Shown piece after piece: positions 26,198-40,076 of a stretch of 64,000 nucleotides of DNA. The position numbers and the translations under genes were made by a program. Source of the DNA: the human T2T-CHM13v2.0 reference genome, Homo sapiens; contig CP068257.2 of NCBI GenBank assembly GCA_009914755.4, forward strand, positions 20,992,001 through 21,056,000, in the 5' to 3' direction. The notes beneath the pieces were generated by a model. The model worked only from the letters and a program-made list of their open reading frames with translations. It did not search any database and had not been told where the DNA came from. Each line of letters starts with the position of its first letter. Position 1 is the first letter of the stretch.

Positions 26198-29100
26198 AAA
26201 AAAAAATTAAGACATATAAAAATTAACAACAAGGAGAATTCCTTGACTTTTAAAATTATTTTTATTTACATAACGATTTATCTTGACTTTTATTTTTAGC
26301 TTTTGGGGTATTTCAGTTTTTTAGAATTATAAATATTGATGCTCATGAACATGTTTGCACACAAATGCTTTTATAGCTCTAATTATTTCCTTACAGTTGA
26401 TTCTCAGAGTTGAAACAACTTGGATAAAAGGTGTAAGCATTTTTAAGGCTCTTTGTAACTGTTTCAAAATGAATATGGTGTATGATAGTGTCTTTTAAAA
26501 AAATGCTAAATAGGTATGTGCTTAGCAATGGAGCTTCAAAATGCAAGAAGCAATAATTGAGAAGGCTCAAAACAGAAGAGATACTTTAATTTTGAAATAT
26601 TTGGATATTTTAATCTCTCAATTTATAGGGCAGACTAATCTCTCAATTTATAGGGCAGACACAGAAAATTAGTAATGTTAGAGAACTACTGGACAACACT
26701 ATCAATACATTGATCTTATTGCCATTTATAGAACACTCTCTCACTCCAACAACAACAGAGTATTACTTTCTAATCACATGCACCATTTTTGTGATGCCAT
26801 ATTCTGGTTCCTAAAACAAAGTCCAATATTAAAAGAATTGAAATCATGCAAAACACATTTTCAGAGTGTAGCACCATTGCACTTAAAAGCAATTAATAGA
26901 AGATACTGGAAAGTTTGCAAATGTTAAGGAGTTGGGTACCATTTTAAGCCTTGTAAATCCCATCTTGAATTCTGGTGGAAACTGAAACTTACAGAATTCA
27001 GCAAATGTCAGGGACTTGTACAGGTGTAATTAGATGGGTAGACTGGAAAGTCCAAGAGCATGACTTAGGTATCTGCTTGGGTTATAGTGAGGGCCCCATG
27101 CTGCATCACATGATGCAGAAGCAGAAGGGGAAGTGGATGTGTGCAAAGACAGCAAACACAAAGGGAAACTTTGCTTTATCACAACTCACTCTTGTGGTAG
27201 CTAATCCAGTCACACAAGAACGAGAACTCACTACTGAAAGAATGTCATCAAGCCACTCACCAGGATGGAGCTCCCATGACACAAATGCCTCCTATTAGGC
27301 CCTACTCCCAAAAGTTTCCAGCTACTAACATTGCTGCACTGGGAATTAAGGTTCTAGCATGAGTTTTGGTGGGGACATGCAAACCACAGCAATATATATT
27401 AGGAAACAATATAAATATTGATCTACTGCAGTTGCAGTAATTAAACAAACATTGAGAGTGTTCATCTAAAATTATAACAGTAACTTTGAGAAGTTATGAA
27501 AAATTGTACCACTAGCAAAACTGAAGTCAGAAAAGATTAGGAAAAAATAATAATGTCAATAGACTTATTTATTAAATAATTTAAGTCTGTAAAAAATATA
27601 AAAAAACTTTTGAAAACATTCATGAACAAAACACTTATCAAGGCCAGATTAATGTTAAAGTACTATCAAACATTCAAGGAGTAATAATAACAATTTAATT
27701 TTACTTTTTATATATGTAACATATAAATGTAATAACAGGCTAATTTAGAAGTGTGACTATCACCATACCAACTTATAAATTGAACAGAACTTTCTTACAA
27801 AAACTAGACAAGAAAATTACAATCCAACACTTCATTAAGGCACATTAAATGATTCTAAATAAAATATCATAAAAATGAACTCAACAACTTATAAAGAGAA
27901 TAACACATCAGAACAAATTGGTTTGTCCCTTGAATACAAAGTTGTTTTATAATATTAAAAATCTCACTCACATTAAGAGATTAAATATATAATTAAATAT
28001 ACAAATATGTAATTTTATTAAAAATGAAACATATAAGTAGAAATTCTAAATGTATTTCATATTGTCTAACATATATTATTGAAAAAGTCATTTGTATATT
28101 ACAAATGAAGGGAAGCATCTTTTATCTGATAAAAGTTTTATAAAGACTGTTATAAATTATTCTTCATTGTGAAATATTTAAACATTTGTCATTGTCCACA
28201 AAAGAAAAAACACAGAGTATCCTTAATTATTCTACTTTATACTAAAAACCTAAGTACATGTATACTTGAAATGATTACTTTAAGATAATAATTGCCTGTA
28301 TACAGTTTAATATCCTATCTACTAGTAAAGGAACAGAATTTATAAGATGATTAAGCCATGGATTGAATTAAACACATAAAATCACATATAGAAAACACAT
28401 TCAATGTAAAAGTCAACAAATTTTCTTCACATTGGTAACAAGATGTTGAAAGATATAATTTAATAATATTAGAATTCAAGATAGCAATTTAAAAATATAG
28501 AATACATAAAAGAAGTCTACAATATATGAAGAAAATGAAAATATACTGTTTTGGATAAAATGAATCAATATTTTAAAAATTTCCAATGTATTCAAAATTG
28601 ATCCATATTTGTCAATCAAAACATTTATAAAATATTAAGTTCACTTAAGTGAATTCTTCTTGAGATAACACAATAACAGATAGTATAAATGTTTCTGAAG
28701 AAACAAAGTAAGCATTAATCTTTTGCCTACCAGCTAACAAATGTAGTATCAGAAGGCTTAGATAAATAAAAACAAATCAATTGATTATAAAATGATGCCA
28801 GATATGAAACTGATCAATATATATGAAATGTGTGTGTGTGTTTCTGTGTATCCAGGTTGACATTGCAGATGAGAGGAAAACAGTGCTTTAATAGTTATAC
28901 AGTTCCAAAAATATATGGATCCCTACCTCACTCCATACACAAAAACTAAATCTGGTTAATTACAAACTAACATGGTGACTAAATTAACTTAATTTTATTT
29001 AATATTATGTTTTGCAACTGATTAGTTCCATGTGATTTAATTTATTAGATTATTTTGATTGGGTTTGTATCTCTTTTGTTGATTTTTTCCCAAAAATAAT

Positions 29101-31278
29101 TTCTTTCTGTTTGTAAGAATTGCTATATTCTCTTAACTTGAACTTTCAAAACTTCAGTTTAAAATTTCCTACTTTTTAAATACTGCATTGCCTTTTCTAC
29201 AATTTAGTGAGTTCTTTTATGTTTAAGTTAGAGAGTAAATATCAAGGGTGAATTTCAATCATTGTGACTCTCTCTAGGATCCAGAAATATATTAGTACTT
29301 TACTCTCTTAGGTGCAAAAGTGGAGGAAAACTTTGACTTCTACCAGCTGAGCTCTTCCTTGGGGTTAGACTAATGTCTCTAGAGCTGAGATTTCAGAAGC
29401 AGGAGGAATTACACATGGCTGCCATAGAAAACAGGCAACCAGCTGTCGACAGCCTCACACTCCAATGTGGGCATATCTCAATGCCCATTGGAGAACATAA
29501 CAGTCACAAGCCATATGGCTAGAACAACATTATCTCCCCCCAGGTTATTCTTTTCTCAACCATCTATGAAAAGTTCCTTATTTTTTCCATGTAAAACAAT
29601 AATGCATTAATATGAAAATTTTTGTACTTGGTAAATTGCATATCTGAGAAAGCGAAAGATAATTTTATTTTGCTGAAATATAATTACTTCGTCTAAATTG
29701 TATACATTAGGACAAAAGATAATACGGGGAATCTAAAACAAATTGATCCATAGAAATAGTACGAGTGTGGCTACCAGAGGCAAGAGTAATGGGCTGGGAT
29801 GTGAGACAGGGGAGGATGGGAGATGCAGGTCAAATGATTTAAAGTTGTAGTTACGTTGGGTGAATAAGTATTTAGATTTAGTGCACTGCATGAAACCTAT
29901 AGCTAATAATGTTGTATTGTATAATGGAAATTTGCCAAGAGAATAGATTTTAGATATTCTTGCCATAAAAAAATAAGAAAGGTAACTACAGGAAATATTG
30001 ACTATGTTAATTTGCTTGACTGTAGTAATTGCCTCATGGTGTATATGCATATCAAAATATCATGTTGTAAATCTTAAATGTATAGAGAAAAAAGATACAC
30101 AAATCATGCTGTGTTGATCAAAACCTCACATATATAGTCTGGGTTTAGATTCTCTTGTGAATGTATATTTGAGCTATGGTGACATTAAAAATAATCATTA
30201 AAGATTGTGTTTTGCAAATTATTTCCTTTCCTTTAAGAAGTCAAACCAAATAATATTGTATGTGTGCTGGATGAGTAAAAAAATAGTGATGTATTATTTT
30301 GGAAGGTAAACCTTTATGTGCATTAAATATTAAGAATAGAAAAAAAATTTCTTTTGTCATAATTTATAGACTTTATTCTTGAATTTATGAATATCCAAAG
30401 ATGTCTCTGGCATAACAAAAATTTGTATTTGCTAAATAATAATAAATAATGTCAGAATGAATATTAAATAATAAAACAAACCAAAATATATACAATTGCA
30501 TTTGAGGAATTCAAATTAACAGAATCAAATTGTAACAAAGCATTTTTTTGATATCAAAAATTGTGAGTGAATTAATAATGAAGCAGTGACAAAACCACCA
30601 GCAAATAAACAAATGAAGGGGCATCATTTTATACAATATTCTTTGAACATTCAGATAAATAAATAAACAGGGAGTAGATGACTCAGAAAGGAGGAACACG
30701 GAAAAAAAGAGGTCTCACATCCAACTACTGTGTATCCCAGAAAGCAGGACTGGCAGATCAGCAAGATCCTGAGAATACTCGGTAATGACCACAGATTTCG
30801 TGACAATAAAACAGAGAGGGTATCTATTATTTCCTTTTTCAGATTAAGAAATAATGGAAATAGTTTCTAGGAAGAAACTAGTGAATTAAAAAATAAACAG
30901 CACATCAGATTCCAAAAAATATGTGTAAAGGATCAATAAACATTCAATGAATTCAAGAAAAATATCTGAATATCTGGCTATCACCTTACTAGTTTATTAT
31001 AAAAACGTGATCATATTTCAGAAGGGAGCAAAGACTGATTTTTCCAACAAACAAAATTGTATAGTACTTTATTACAGGTTTTTGTGCTTCATTTATCAAT
31101 ATTTTAGATCAGTTTACCAAAAAAAAAATACATAGCAAAAACACTCAACTCTCAAATATTAACTAGAAGAGAAAACAAATCATTCTTAGATAAAACATCT
31201 GCAAATAACCATAATCTATGAAGGAAGTATAAAGGAAAAGGTGAAAAAGAATATTATAATGTTTAAAATATTATAATG

Positions 31279-31613
<335 letters not shown>

Positions 31614-32633
31614 TTAATGTGGTCTTAATTTTTGAAAAATAATGAAATAACTGCAATATAGTAAAAAAGTTTTAAGGTGAAAATAATACACAGAATAATT
31701 AGATTAAAGGGAAACTGTAGAACTAAGGAAATAAATTTTAAAACCAAACACCATTTAGAGAAGTAATTAATGAATTTGAAGATAAATTTGATAAAGAGTG
31801 TAAACACTACTAAATATCAAAACAGAACTAGAGAAAAAGAATCGTGTTTATCACAATTAAAACAATAAGAAATTCAAAGAAATTTGAATTACAGTTAAAT
31901 AAAATTACAGTTACAGTTAAATAAAAGCAATTACAGTTAAATAAAATTAAAAAATAAGTCAAAGATAATCCAACACAAAACAGACCATTAAAGTAATAGA
32001 AATAAATATGCTTTCAATTATCTACTATTACAGCATTTTCTTAAGATTGAGAAGAAAAAAATGTTCAAATCAAAGGACAAATTGTGTTTTAGATCCCTCC
32101 CCCGAAAAAAGCATTCAAGCATTCAATACCCTTCAGCTTTGCATTCTTTAGATATTTTAAAATATTATTTAAACACATTTGAAATGAGACAATCAAATTA
32201 AAGAGATTCTAAATTTAAAATTGCATCATAAAAGCAGTCATATTATGAGTAATTAACAACTCTAAATGTGTATACCTCTAATAACAGAGCTTTTTAATAC
32301 AAGAAACAAAACCTGATAAAACTGCCCAGAGAAGTAGACAAAATCACAAACAAGTTGGAGATTTTAATGCATTCCTTCAATAATTGATAGTACGAGTAGA
32401 CCAAAATCAGTCAGCGTATATAAAATGTGAGCAAAATTAATCAACCAGCTAGACCTTACTGAGAATCTTATAGCACATGCCACTAACAACAGTAGACTAC
32501 AAATTTGTTTTAAGTGATTACAGAACATTTACCAAGCTAGGTTGTTCTGGGCCATAATAAGTCTCATAAATTTAAGATGAGTCAAGTCATTCAAATTATA
32601 TTATCTGTCCATATAGAAATAAACCAGAAATCC

Positions 32634-32940
32634 GGCCTGGCACGGTGGCTCAACGCCTGTAATCCCAGCACTCTGGGAGGCCGAGGTGGGCGGATCACGA
32701 GGTCAGGAGATCGAGACCATCCTGGCTAACATGGTGAAACCCCGTCTCTACTAAAAGTACCAAAAAAATTAGCCAGGCGTGGTGGCGGGCACCTGTAGTC
32801 CCAGCTACTCAGGAGGCTGAGGCAGGAGAATGGCTTGAACCCAGGAGGCGGAGCTTGCAGTGGGCCGAGATCACGCCACTGCCCTCCAGCCTGGGTGAAA
32901 GTTGCAAGACTCCGTCTCAAAAAAAAAAAAAAAAAAAAAG
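32634..32940 (+). mobile_element. AluY/S-type SINE, full length, with a pure A21 tail and a perfect 21-bp TSD atagaaataaaccagaaatcc at 32613-32633 and 32941-32961
   Basis: ggcctggcacggtggctcaacgcctgtaatcccagcactctgggaggccgaggtgggcggatcacgaggtcaggagatcgagaccatcctggctaacatggtgaaaccccgtctctactaaaa... Most differences from the AluY consensus are CpG transitions (by eye). Confidence 0.9.
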
Positions 32941-32995
32941 ATAGAAATAAACCAGAAATCCATACAAGAAATATCTCTGTTCAAAGAAGAAATCA

Positions 32996-33408
<413 letters not shown>

Positions 33409-33526
33409 CTAAATAAAAATGTAAACACAGTATATTGAAATTTGTGGGATGCCACTTAAGCAGTAATTTTGAGGAAATTCATAGCCTTGGATACACATAT
33501 TGGAAAGAATGACTCAGTTTCTACAG

Positions 33527-33672
33527 AAGAAAAGAAAGCAAGAAAGCGAGAGAGAAAGAGAGCAAAAGAATGAAAGAAAGAAAGAGAAAGAAAGAAAGAG
33601 AAAGAAAAGAGAGAGACAGAGAGAAAGAGAGACAAAAGAAAGGAAAAGAAAGGAAAAGAAAAGAAAAAAGAG
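33527..33672. repeat. Purine-rich (GAAA/GAGA)n simple repeat, probably an expanded lysine/glutamate-coding stretch of the ancient L1 ORF2
   Basis: agaaaagaaagcaagaaagcgagagagaaagagagcaaaagaatgaaagaaagaaagagaaag... The six-frame ORFs here (33500..33706 + and 33514..33696 -) are low-complexity artefacts. Confidence 0.8.
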
Positions 33673-35876
33673 CGAGCTAAGGGGCCAAAAAAACACAGAA
33701 AATTAAAGAGTTCAGGTCTTTGTTAAAAATCTATGTGATTTTTTTCAGGCCTGGCTGTAGGTAATTCTAAAGGCTTTACCTGGAGGGTCTCACAGGAAGA
33801 AGCTGCCCACCTCACACCTGACTTGGTGCACAGCCAGTGCAATGCAGTCTCTGAAGGGAGTTGCAGTCAAGGACTCAGGTCCCTTGGCCAAGTATACTCT
33901 TAAGCATGTCTGTATTCCTAGCCTAGATGCCTTAATTTGGAGATCTCTTTATTTATGGCCTTACGGTGAGGCCTTCCTCAGGTACCCCTGCAGGAAATTT
34001 GTTTATAAGGGAAGAAGTGGAAAACTAGGAAGATAGTTTTCTTCACTCTGACTCAGTACTCCTCCACCCGTAAAACTTCCTCCTCTCCTCCTTCACCCAC
34101 AGGTCCGCAAAACTGCAAGAGACTTTCATTTGGGGGTGCCTCAGCCGCGAAATGAACTCCACATGTGTACTCATCCACCTGACCCTCCACCAGTGGGTGC
34201 GTTTCAAGTGGGGAAAATGAAACAGTGTGGAGCAGGGCTTTCTCCAGTTTATCCTGTTGTTTATACAGAATGAGTAAAGGAATACATACTTGGTTAAAAC
34301 GTTCGTTTTGGCTTGGTTTCATTGGTGGCTGGTCTTACACCTTAAAGCTCAGTTCGTTCCATCTTTAGCAGAGCTCCTGGTAAAAAATAGCATATTAAAC
34401 ACAAAGTAAGTAAAAGAAAAGAAGTAATAAAGATCAGAGTAGAAATCAATGTAATAGTAAACAGAAAAGCAATAGGTAAAATGAATGACACCAAAAGCTG
34501 ATGCTTTGAAAATATCACCAAAGTTGATAAACCTCCAGCTAGACTGTTTGATCAGTGAGAAAATAAAAAATAGAAAAAGAAAAAAAATTGACAGCGTGTG
34601 AAAATGGCCAGTATCAGAAATGAGAGGAATGATTTCATTTTAGATAATACAGATATCAAAAGGATAAAAATGGAATATTATAAATAACTTTATGCCAATG
34701 AATTTGACAGTTTATATAAAAGAAACAAATTTCTTAACACAAACTAGAGAAACTACCTCAAGAACAAGAAATTCCTATGTAACATGAATAGCCTTCTATC
34801 TATTAAATATATTAAATTTCTAGTTAAAATCCTTCTCACATGGAAACCTCTGAGCCCAAATGTCTGCACAAGTGCAGTGAATTTTCCAAAACATTTAAGG
34901 TAGAAATGACGCCAATTCTACACAAACTCCTCCAGAAAATTAAAAAAAAAGACTTCCAACTCATTTATGAGCCCAGTATTATTCTAACACTAAAATTAAC
35001 AACCAGATTACAAAAAGCAACAGAAAAAAAGAAGATTAATATTACTTTTGAAAATAAATTAAGAAATTCTAAACAATGATTTAGCAAATGGGATTCAGCA
35101 ATGTAAAAATAATAATGCATCATGATTGCATCATCCAAGGGAAAGCTTTCCCACCACCCTTTTCTACAGGCTCACTGGAAATGAACTGACAATAGAAAAT
35201 CTAATAGGAGAGAAGGCATAAAGATTTATTTAATATTCATAAGAATGGGGGAATATCATGAGGATTACCCAAGAACTCAGTGAAGTCTAGAAGTTTATAT
35301 ACCCATTTTCATAGGGGAAAGAAAGACGAGAATGTCAGAGTAAATGATTTTGGGAGATTCTCTTCAGAAATTGAATGGACTGAGGAAACAAACAATGGCT
35401 TGAAACAAAGTTTGAAGTTTATTTGGGCTCTAGATATGGTGTTTAATTTTCAGTCTTTCTCTGTGAAGTGAGTTTTAATCTCTGATTAATGAAATTTTAG
35501 GGAGGGGATGGAAGGTAACTGTGTTGCTCTTTGGAGATCTGCTTTTGAGGTAGATAAGGAAATTTCTGAGAACAGATACAGAAAATTGAGAGACAGGAGG
35601 GAATTGAAGTGGGTCAGAGAGACTATCAGGCTGCTTTTTTAGTTCAGCATATCAAAGCACCATATTTCAGAATTTCAGAATATCATTTTCTGGATCATTT
35701 CCCAACATGATCAGGAAGAATTTATCCAAGGAGTGCAAGGCTGATTAGAAAGTCAATCCATGCAATTCATTGACTTAACAAAAAGGGGGGGAAAAACAAA
35801 AGAAATTATCTGATTAAATTTAGACAAAGCATTTCTCAAAATCCAATACTCATTCTTCATAAAATGTTTTCATGAC

Positions 35877-38171
35877 TGATATGGTTTGGCTTTGTCCTCC
35901 CTCAAACCTCATCTTGAATTTTAGCTCCCAACATTCCCCACATGTTGTGGGAGGGACCTGGTGGTAGGTAACTGAATCATGGGTGTTGGTCTTTTCCATG
36001 CTATTCTTGTGATAGTAAGTCTCACGAGATCTGATGGCTTTACAAAGAGGAGTTCCCCTGCACAAGCTCTTTTGTTTTGCCTGCCACCATACATGTAAGA
36101 TGTGACTTGCTCCTCCTTGACTTCTGCCATAATTGTGAGGTCTCCCCATCCATGTGGAACTGTAAGTCCATTAAACCTCTTTTTATTTTGTCTCGGATAT
36201 GTCTTTATCAGCAGTGTGAAAATGAAATATTACAGTAAATTGGTACTAATTGACTGGGGTGCTGCTGAAAGGATACCTGAAATTGTGGAAGCAACTTTGG
36301 AACTGGGTAACAGGCAGAGGTTGGAACAGTTTGGAGAGCTCAAAAGAAGATAGGAAAATGTGGGAAATTTTGGAAATTCCTAGAGACGTGTTAAATGGCT
36401 TTGACAAAAATGTTGATAGTGATATGAACAGTAAGGTCCAGGCTAAGGTGGTCTCACACAGAGATGAAGAACTTGTTGGGAATTAGAGCAAGGGCGACTT
36501 TTGTTATATTTTGTCAAAGAGACTGGTGGCATTTTGCTCTTGCCCTAGAGACTTGTGGAACTTTGAACTTGAGAGAGATGATTTATAGTATCTGGCAAAA
36601 GAAATTTGGCAGCAAAGAATTCAAGAGGTACTTGGGTGTTGCTAAAGGCATTCAGTTTTATAAGGGAAACAGAGCATAAAACTTTGGAAAATGCGCAGCC
36701 TGACAATAAGATAGAAAAGAAAATCCCATTTTTCTGAGGAGAAATTCAGGCTGGTTGCAGAAATTTGCATAAGCAACAAGGAGGCAAATGTTAATCACAA
36801 AGACAACGGGGAAAATGTCTCCAGAGCATGTCAGAGACCCTTGCGGCAGCCCCTTCCATCACAGGCCCAGAGACCTGGAAGGAAAAAATGGTTTTGCGGG
36901 CTGGCCCCAGGGTTCCTCTGCTTTGTGCAGTCTAGAGACTTGCTGCACTGCATCCCAGCCACTCCAGCCGTGATCGAAAGGGGCCATTGTAGAGTTTGGG
37001 CCATGACTTCACAGGACACAAGCCCCAAGCCTTAGCAGCTTCTTCGTGGTGTTAAGCCTGCAAGTGCGCAGAAGTCATAAATTGGGGTTTGGGAACCTCC
37101 ATCTAGATTTTGGAGGATGTACGGAAATGCCTGGATGCCCATTCAGAAGTTTGCTGCAGGGGCATGACCTTCATGGAGAACCTCTGCTAGAGCAGTGCAA
37201 AAGGGAAATGTGGGGTCAGAACCCCCATACAGAGTTCTCACTGGAGTACCCGCCTAAAGGAGCTGTAAGAAGAGGTCCACTGTCTTCCAGACCCCAGAAT
37301 GGTAGATCCACTGACAGTTTGTGCCATGAGCCTGGAAAAGCCACAGACACTCAACGCCAGCCCATGAAAGCAGCCAGGAGAGAGGCTGTACCTTGCAAAG
37401 CCACAGGGTTGGAACTTCCCAAGACCATGGTAACCCACCTCTTGCATCAGTGTGACCCAGATGTGAGACATGGAGTCAAAGGAGATCATTTTGGAGCTTT
37501 AAGATTTGACTGCTCCACTGGATTTTGGACATGCATGGGCCCTGTAGCCCCTTTGTTTTGGCCAATCTCACCCATTTGGAACAGCTGTATTTAACCAATA
37601 TCTGTACCCCCATTGTATCTTGGAAGTAACTAGCTTGCTTTGGATTTTACAGGCTCATAGGTGAAAGGGACTTGTCTTAGATCAGACTTTGGACTGTGGG
37701 CTTTTGAGTTAATGCTGAAATGAGTTAAGACTTTGGGGGACTGTCGGGAAGGCATGATTGGTTTTAAAATGTGAGGACATGAGATTTGGGAGGGGCCAGG
37801 GGCAGAATGATATGGTTTGGCTGTGTCCCCCACCAAATCTTATCTTGAATTGTAGTTCCCAACATTCCCACATGTTGTGAGAGGGACCCAGGGGGAGGTA
37901 ACTGAGTCATGGGGGAGGGTCTTTCCTGTGCTATTCTTGTGATAGTGAATAAGTCTCACAAGATCTGATGGTTTTATAAAGAGGAGTTCCCTTGCACAAC
38001 TCCCTCTCTTTTTGCCTGTTGCCTTCCATGTAAGATGTGACTTGCTCCTCCTTGCCTCCTCTGATGATTGTGAGGCCTCCCCAGCCATATGGAATTGTAA
38101 GTTCATTAAACCTCGTTTTCTTCCCACTCTTGGGTATGTCTTTATCAGCTGTGTGAAAATGGACTAATACA
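35877..38171 (+). mobile_element. Full-length THE1 (ERVL-MaLR) element: 5' LTR 35877-36234, internal region 36235-37807, 3' LTR 37808-38171, inserted into the RT region of the ancient L1
   Basis: Both LTRs begin tgatatggtttggct(g/t)tgtcc...atcttgaatt and end ...cagc(a/t)gtgtgaaaatg(g/a)a...tattaca / ...actaataca, matching the THE1 LTR consensus tgatatggtttggctgtgtccccacccaaatctcatcttgaattgtagc...ggactaataca. The internal region gtaaattggtac...gtggggtgctgctgaaaggatacctgaaattgtggaagcaactttggaactgggtaacaggcagaggttggaacagtttggagagctc matches THE1-int. The flanking L1 RT motif is split (...FMLKTL | NKLGI...) with a diverged ~5-bp duplication atgac/acaac. Confidence 0.85.
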
Positions 38172-39888
38172 ACAACTTAATATAAAAGAGACTTCTTCAA
38201 CATAGTAAAGATAATCTATCATAGCTCAATGACTAAAATATATTTAATAATGAAAGAAATAAGGGTTATCAGTAAAACAGGGGAACAAGAAAAGGGAGGT
38301 CACTTTCACTTTTTCAATTCAACTTTGTACTGGAGATCCTAGCCAGGAAAAAGAGACAAGAAAATAAAAAAGGCAACTAAATCAAAAAGGAAAAAAAATA
38401 AAGCTTTCTTTAAACCCATCTATACATATTTTATATGTCAGAAATTATAAATAATCTTCAATTTATAACCAAATGTCATTATTTAAAAGTAAAGTGCACT
38501 CTCAAAGTCTCAAATATCACTTCATAGTTCTAAGTCAGATTTATTTAAAAAGTACTTATAAAAGGTATTGCCTTTTAATCTGAAGTTAAAAGACAATACA
38601 GAGATACCCATAACATGATTTGTTTCAGAAATAATTTTTAAAATCTACCAAGCATGAGTTCAGCACTTTGAAATAAGAAATGTGTTCCCATGTTTTCATA
38701 TTTTAAAAATATTTCTATGAATCTTATGTTTTTATAGATATTTTCATATTATGCATTATAAAAATAGTTTTAATTAATCACCTGCATTTTTACTGTAATA
38801 TTATTCTTTATAGTACAGATTTTATTAGCAGAGTTAGTTTTGAAGCCTATCAATGAGATCTAAATTTAAGATAATATTTTATAGCAAAAAATAATCTTTC
38901 CATGCATTTTCAAATTTATGACTATAATGTGTGCTTTAAGGATTCTTCAATGAAGCAGAAGAAAAAGTTAAGCAAGTAATCATCTATTGTATGGATAAAC
39001 AGCTTCCTTTAAATTGAAAAAGATATTAACCTAGGTATTTACACTACTGAACAATACCTGTAGTAAGTAATTCACATAATTATCCTGGAAATATCATTAT
39101 TATATGACTAAATATCATGAAAAAGCCATTTTTAAAATTTGGCTTAAGCAAAAGCAAAGTTTTCCAACTGATTGCCTTATTATAAAGACTACTCAGAATA
39201 GTTGTCAGGTAGCATGTAATACATAAAAACATACAGGGACAAAACCAGCAATGATATTATAACATCAATAAACACATTGAAATTGAATTTCTTTTGTTTG
39301 TTCCTATTTCAACTCATTTGGACAGACAGCATTTATTTTAGTATATTTTGAAGGTTAATGGATCTATTTTTATAGTGGCATTATTTATTTCTTGCTGCCT
39401 GGTAAAACACTGTAACAACAGTGTTAGATTTTATTTCAATAACCTTCACCTAATTGCATTTACTCATTTCAACATTTCATTTTCCTTTTCGAATTCACTA
39501 TTATCTGTAAGCATGTAAAACTTTTGTTTTAGGAGAATATGCCAAAATATTACAGAATTCGCTTTTTACTTCATGAATTATTAATTTGTATATATGCCTC
39601 TTTATTTGACTGAGGCCAGCATAAAAGGAAAGGATAAGATGTTAGATTTTTATTCACCTGTCTTAAAATTATCACATAAGTGTAATAATTCCATAGCCAT
39701 CTTTTCTCTGTTGTTTCTCATTAAAAATTTTCGATAGTGAAAATGGTGCCTCGTATATAATATGAATGAAATATAGCCTCTTGAGAATAGTTCTTATTTT
39801 ATGTGCTTAAAGGAGATCCATATACACTTGGCCCAATCATGGAGATCCCCTGAAAAAATTTTCTATATGCATAAATGGACTATTACTT

Positions 39889-40076
39889 TTTCTTTCTTTC
39901 CTTCCTTCCTTCCTTCCTTCCTTCCTTCCTTCCTTCCTTCCTTCCTCCCTCCCTCCCTCCTTTCTTTCTTCTTTCTTTCTTCTTTTTCTTTCTCTCATTC
40001 TCTCATTCTCTATGTCTCTATTCTTTCTTTCTTTCTTTTTTCTTTTTCTTTCTCTCATTCTCTATGTCTCTATCTC
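39889..40076. repeat. (TTCC)n/(CTTT)n polypyrimidine tract with an internal ~38-bp duplicated segment
   Basis: tctttctttccttccttcc...ccctccctccctcc... The block ttctttttctttctctcattctct(cattctct)atgtctcta occurs at ~39983-40020 and again at ~40038-40072. ORFs 39801..40166, 39837..40058 and 39875..40177 are repeat artefacts. Confidence 0.9.

Noticed and set aside
27560-28800. AT-rich block that may be an upstream continuation of the ancient L1M element (possible ORF1 or 5' region)
   Set aside because: I could not recognise specific L1 motifs with confidence. It is mentioned only as a possible extension of the 31.6-38.6 kb L1M call.
33500-33706. K/E/R-rich 68-aa ORF and its antisense S/F/L-rich ORF; likewise 39801-40177 (S/F/L/P and K/E/R repeats)
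   Set aside because: Low-complexity translations of (GAAA)n and (TTCC)n simple repeats.
37046-37594. 182-aa ORF, the longest outside L1
   Set aside because: It lies wholly inside the THE1 internal region (36235-37807). MaLR internal sequences are non-autonomous and are generally considered non-coding. No recognisable protein-family motifs. Treated as a chance ORF in an old element.
39889-40076. Could the regularly spaced short repeats here, or at 7362-7432, be a CRISPR array?
   Set aside because: They are contiguous tandem simple repeats with no unique spacers. The surrounding Alu and L1 content shows this is a eukaryotic (primate) genome.
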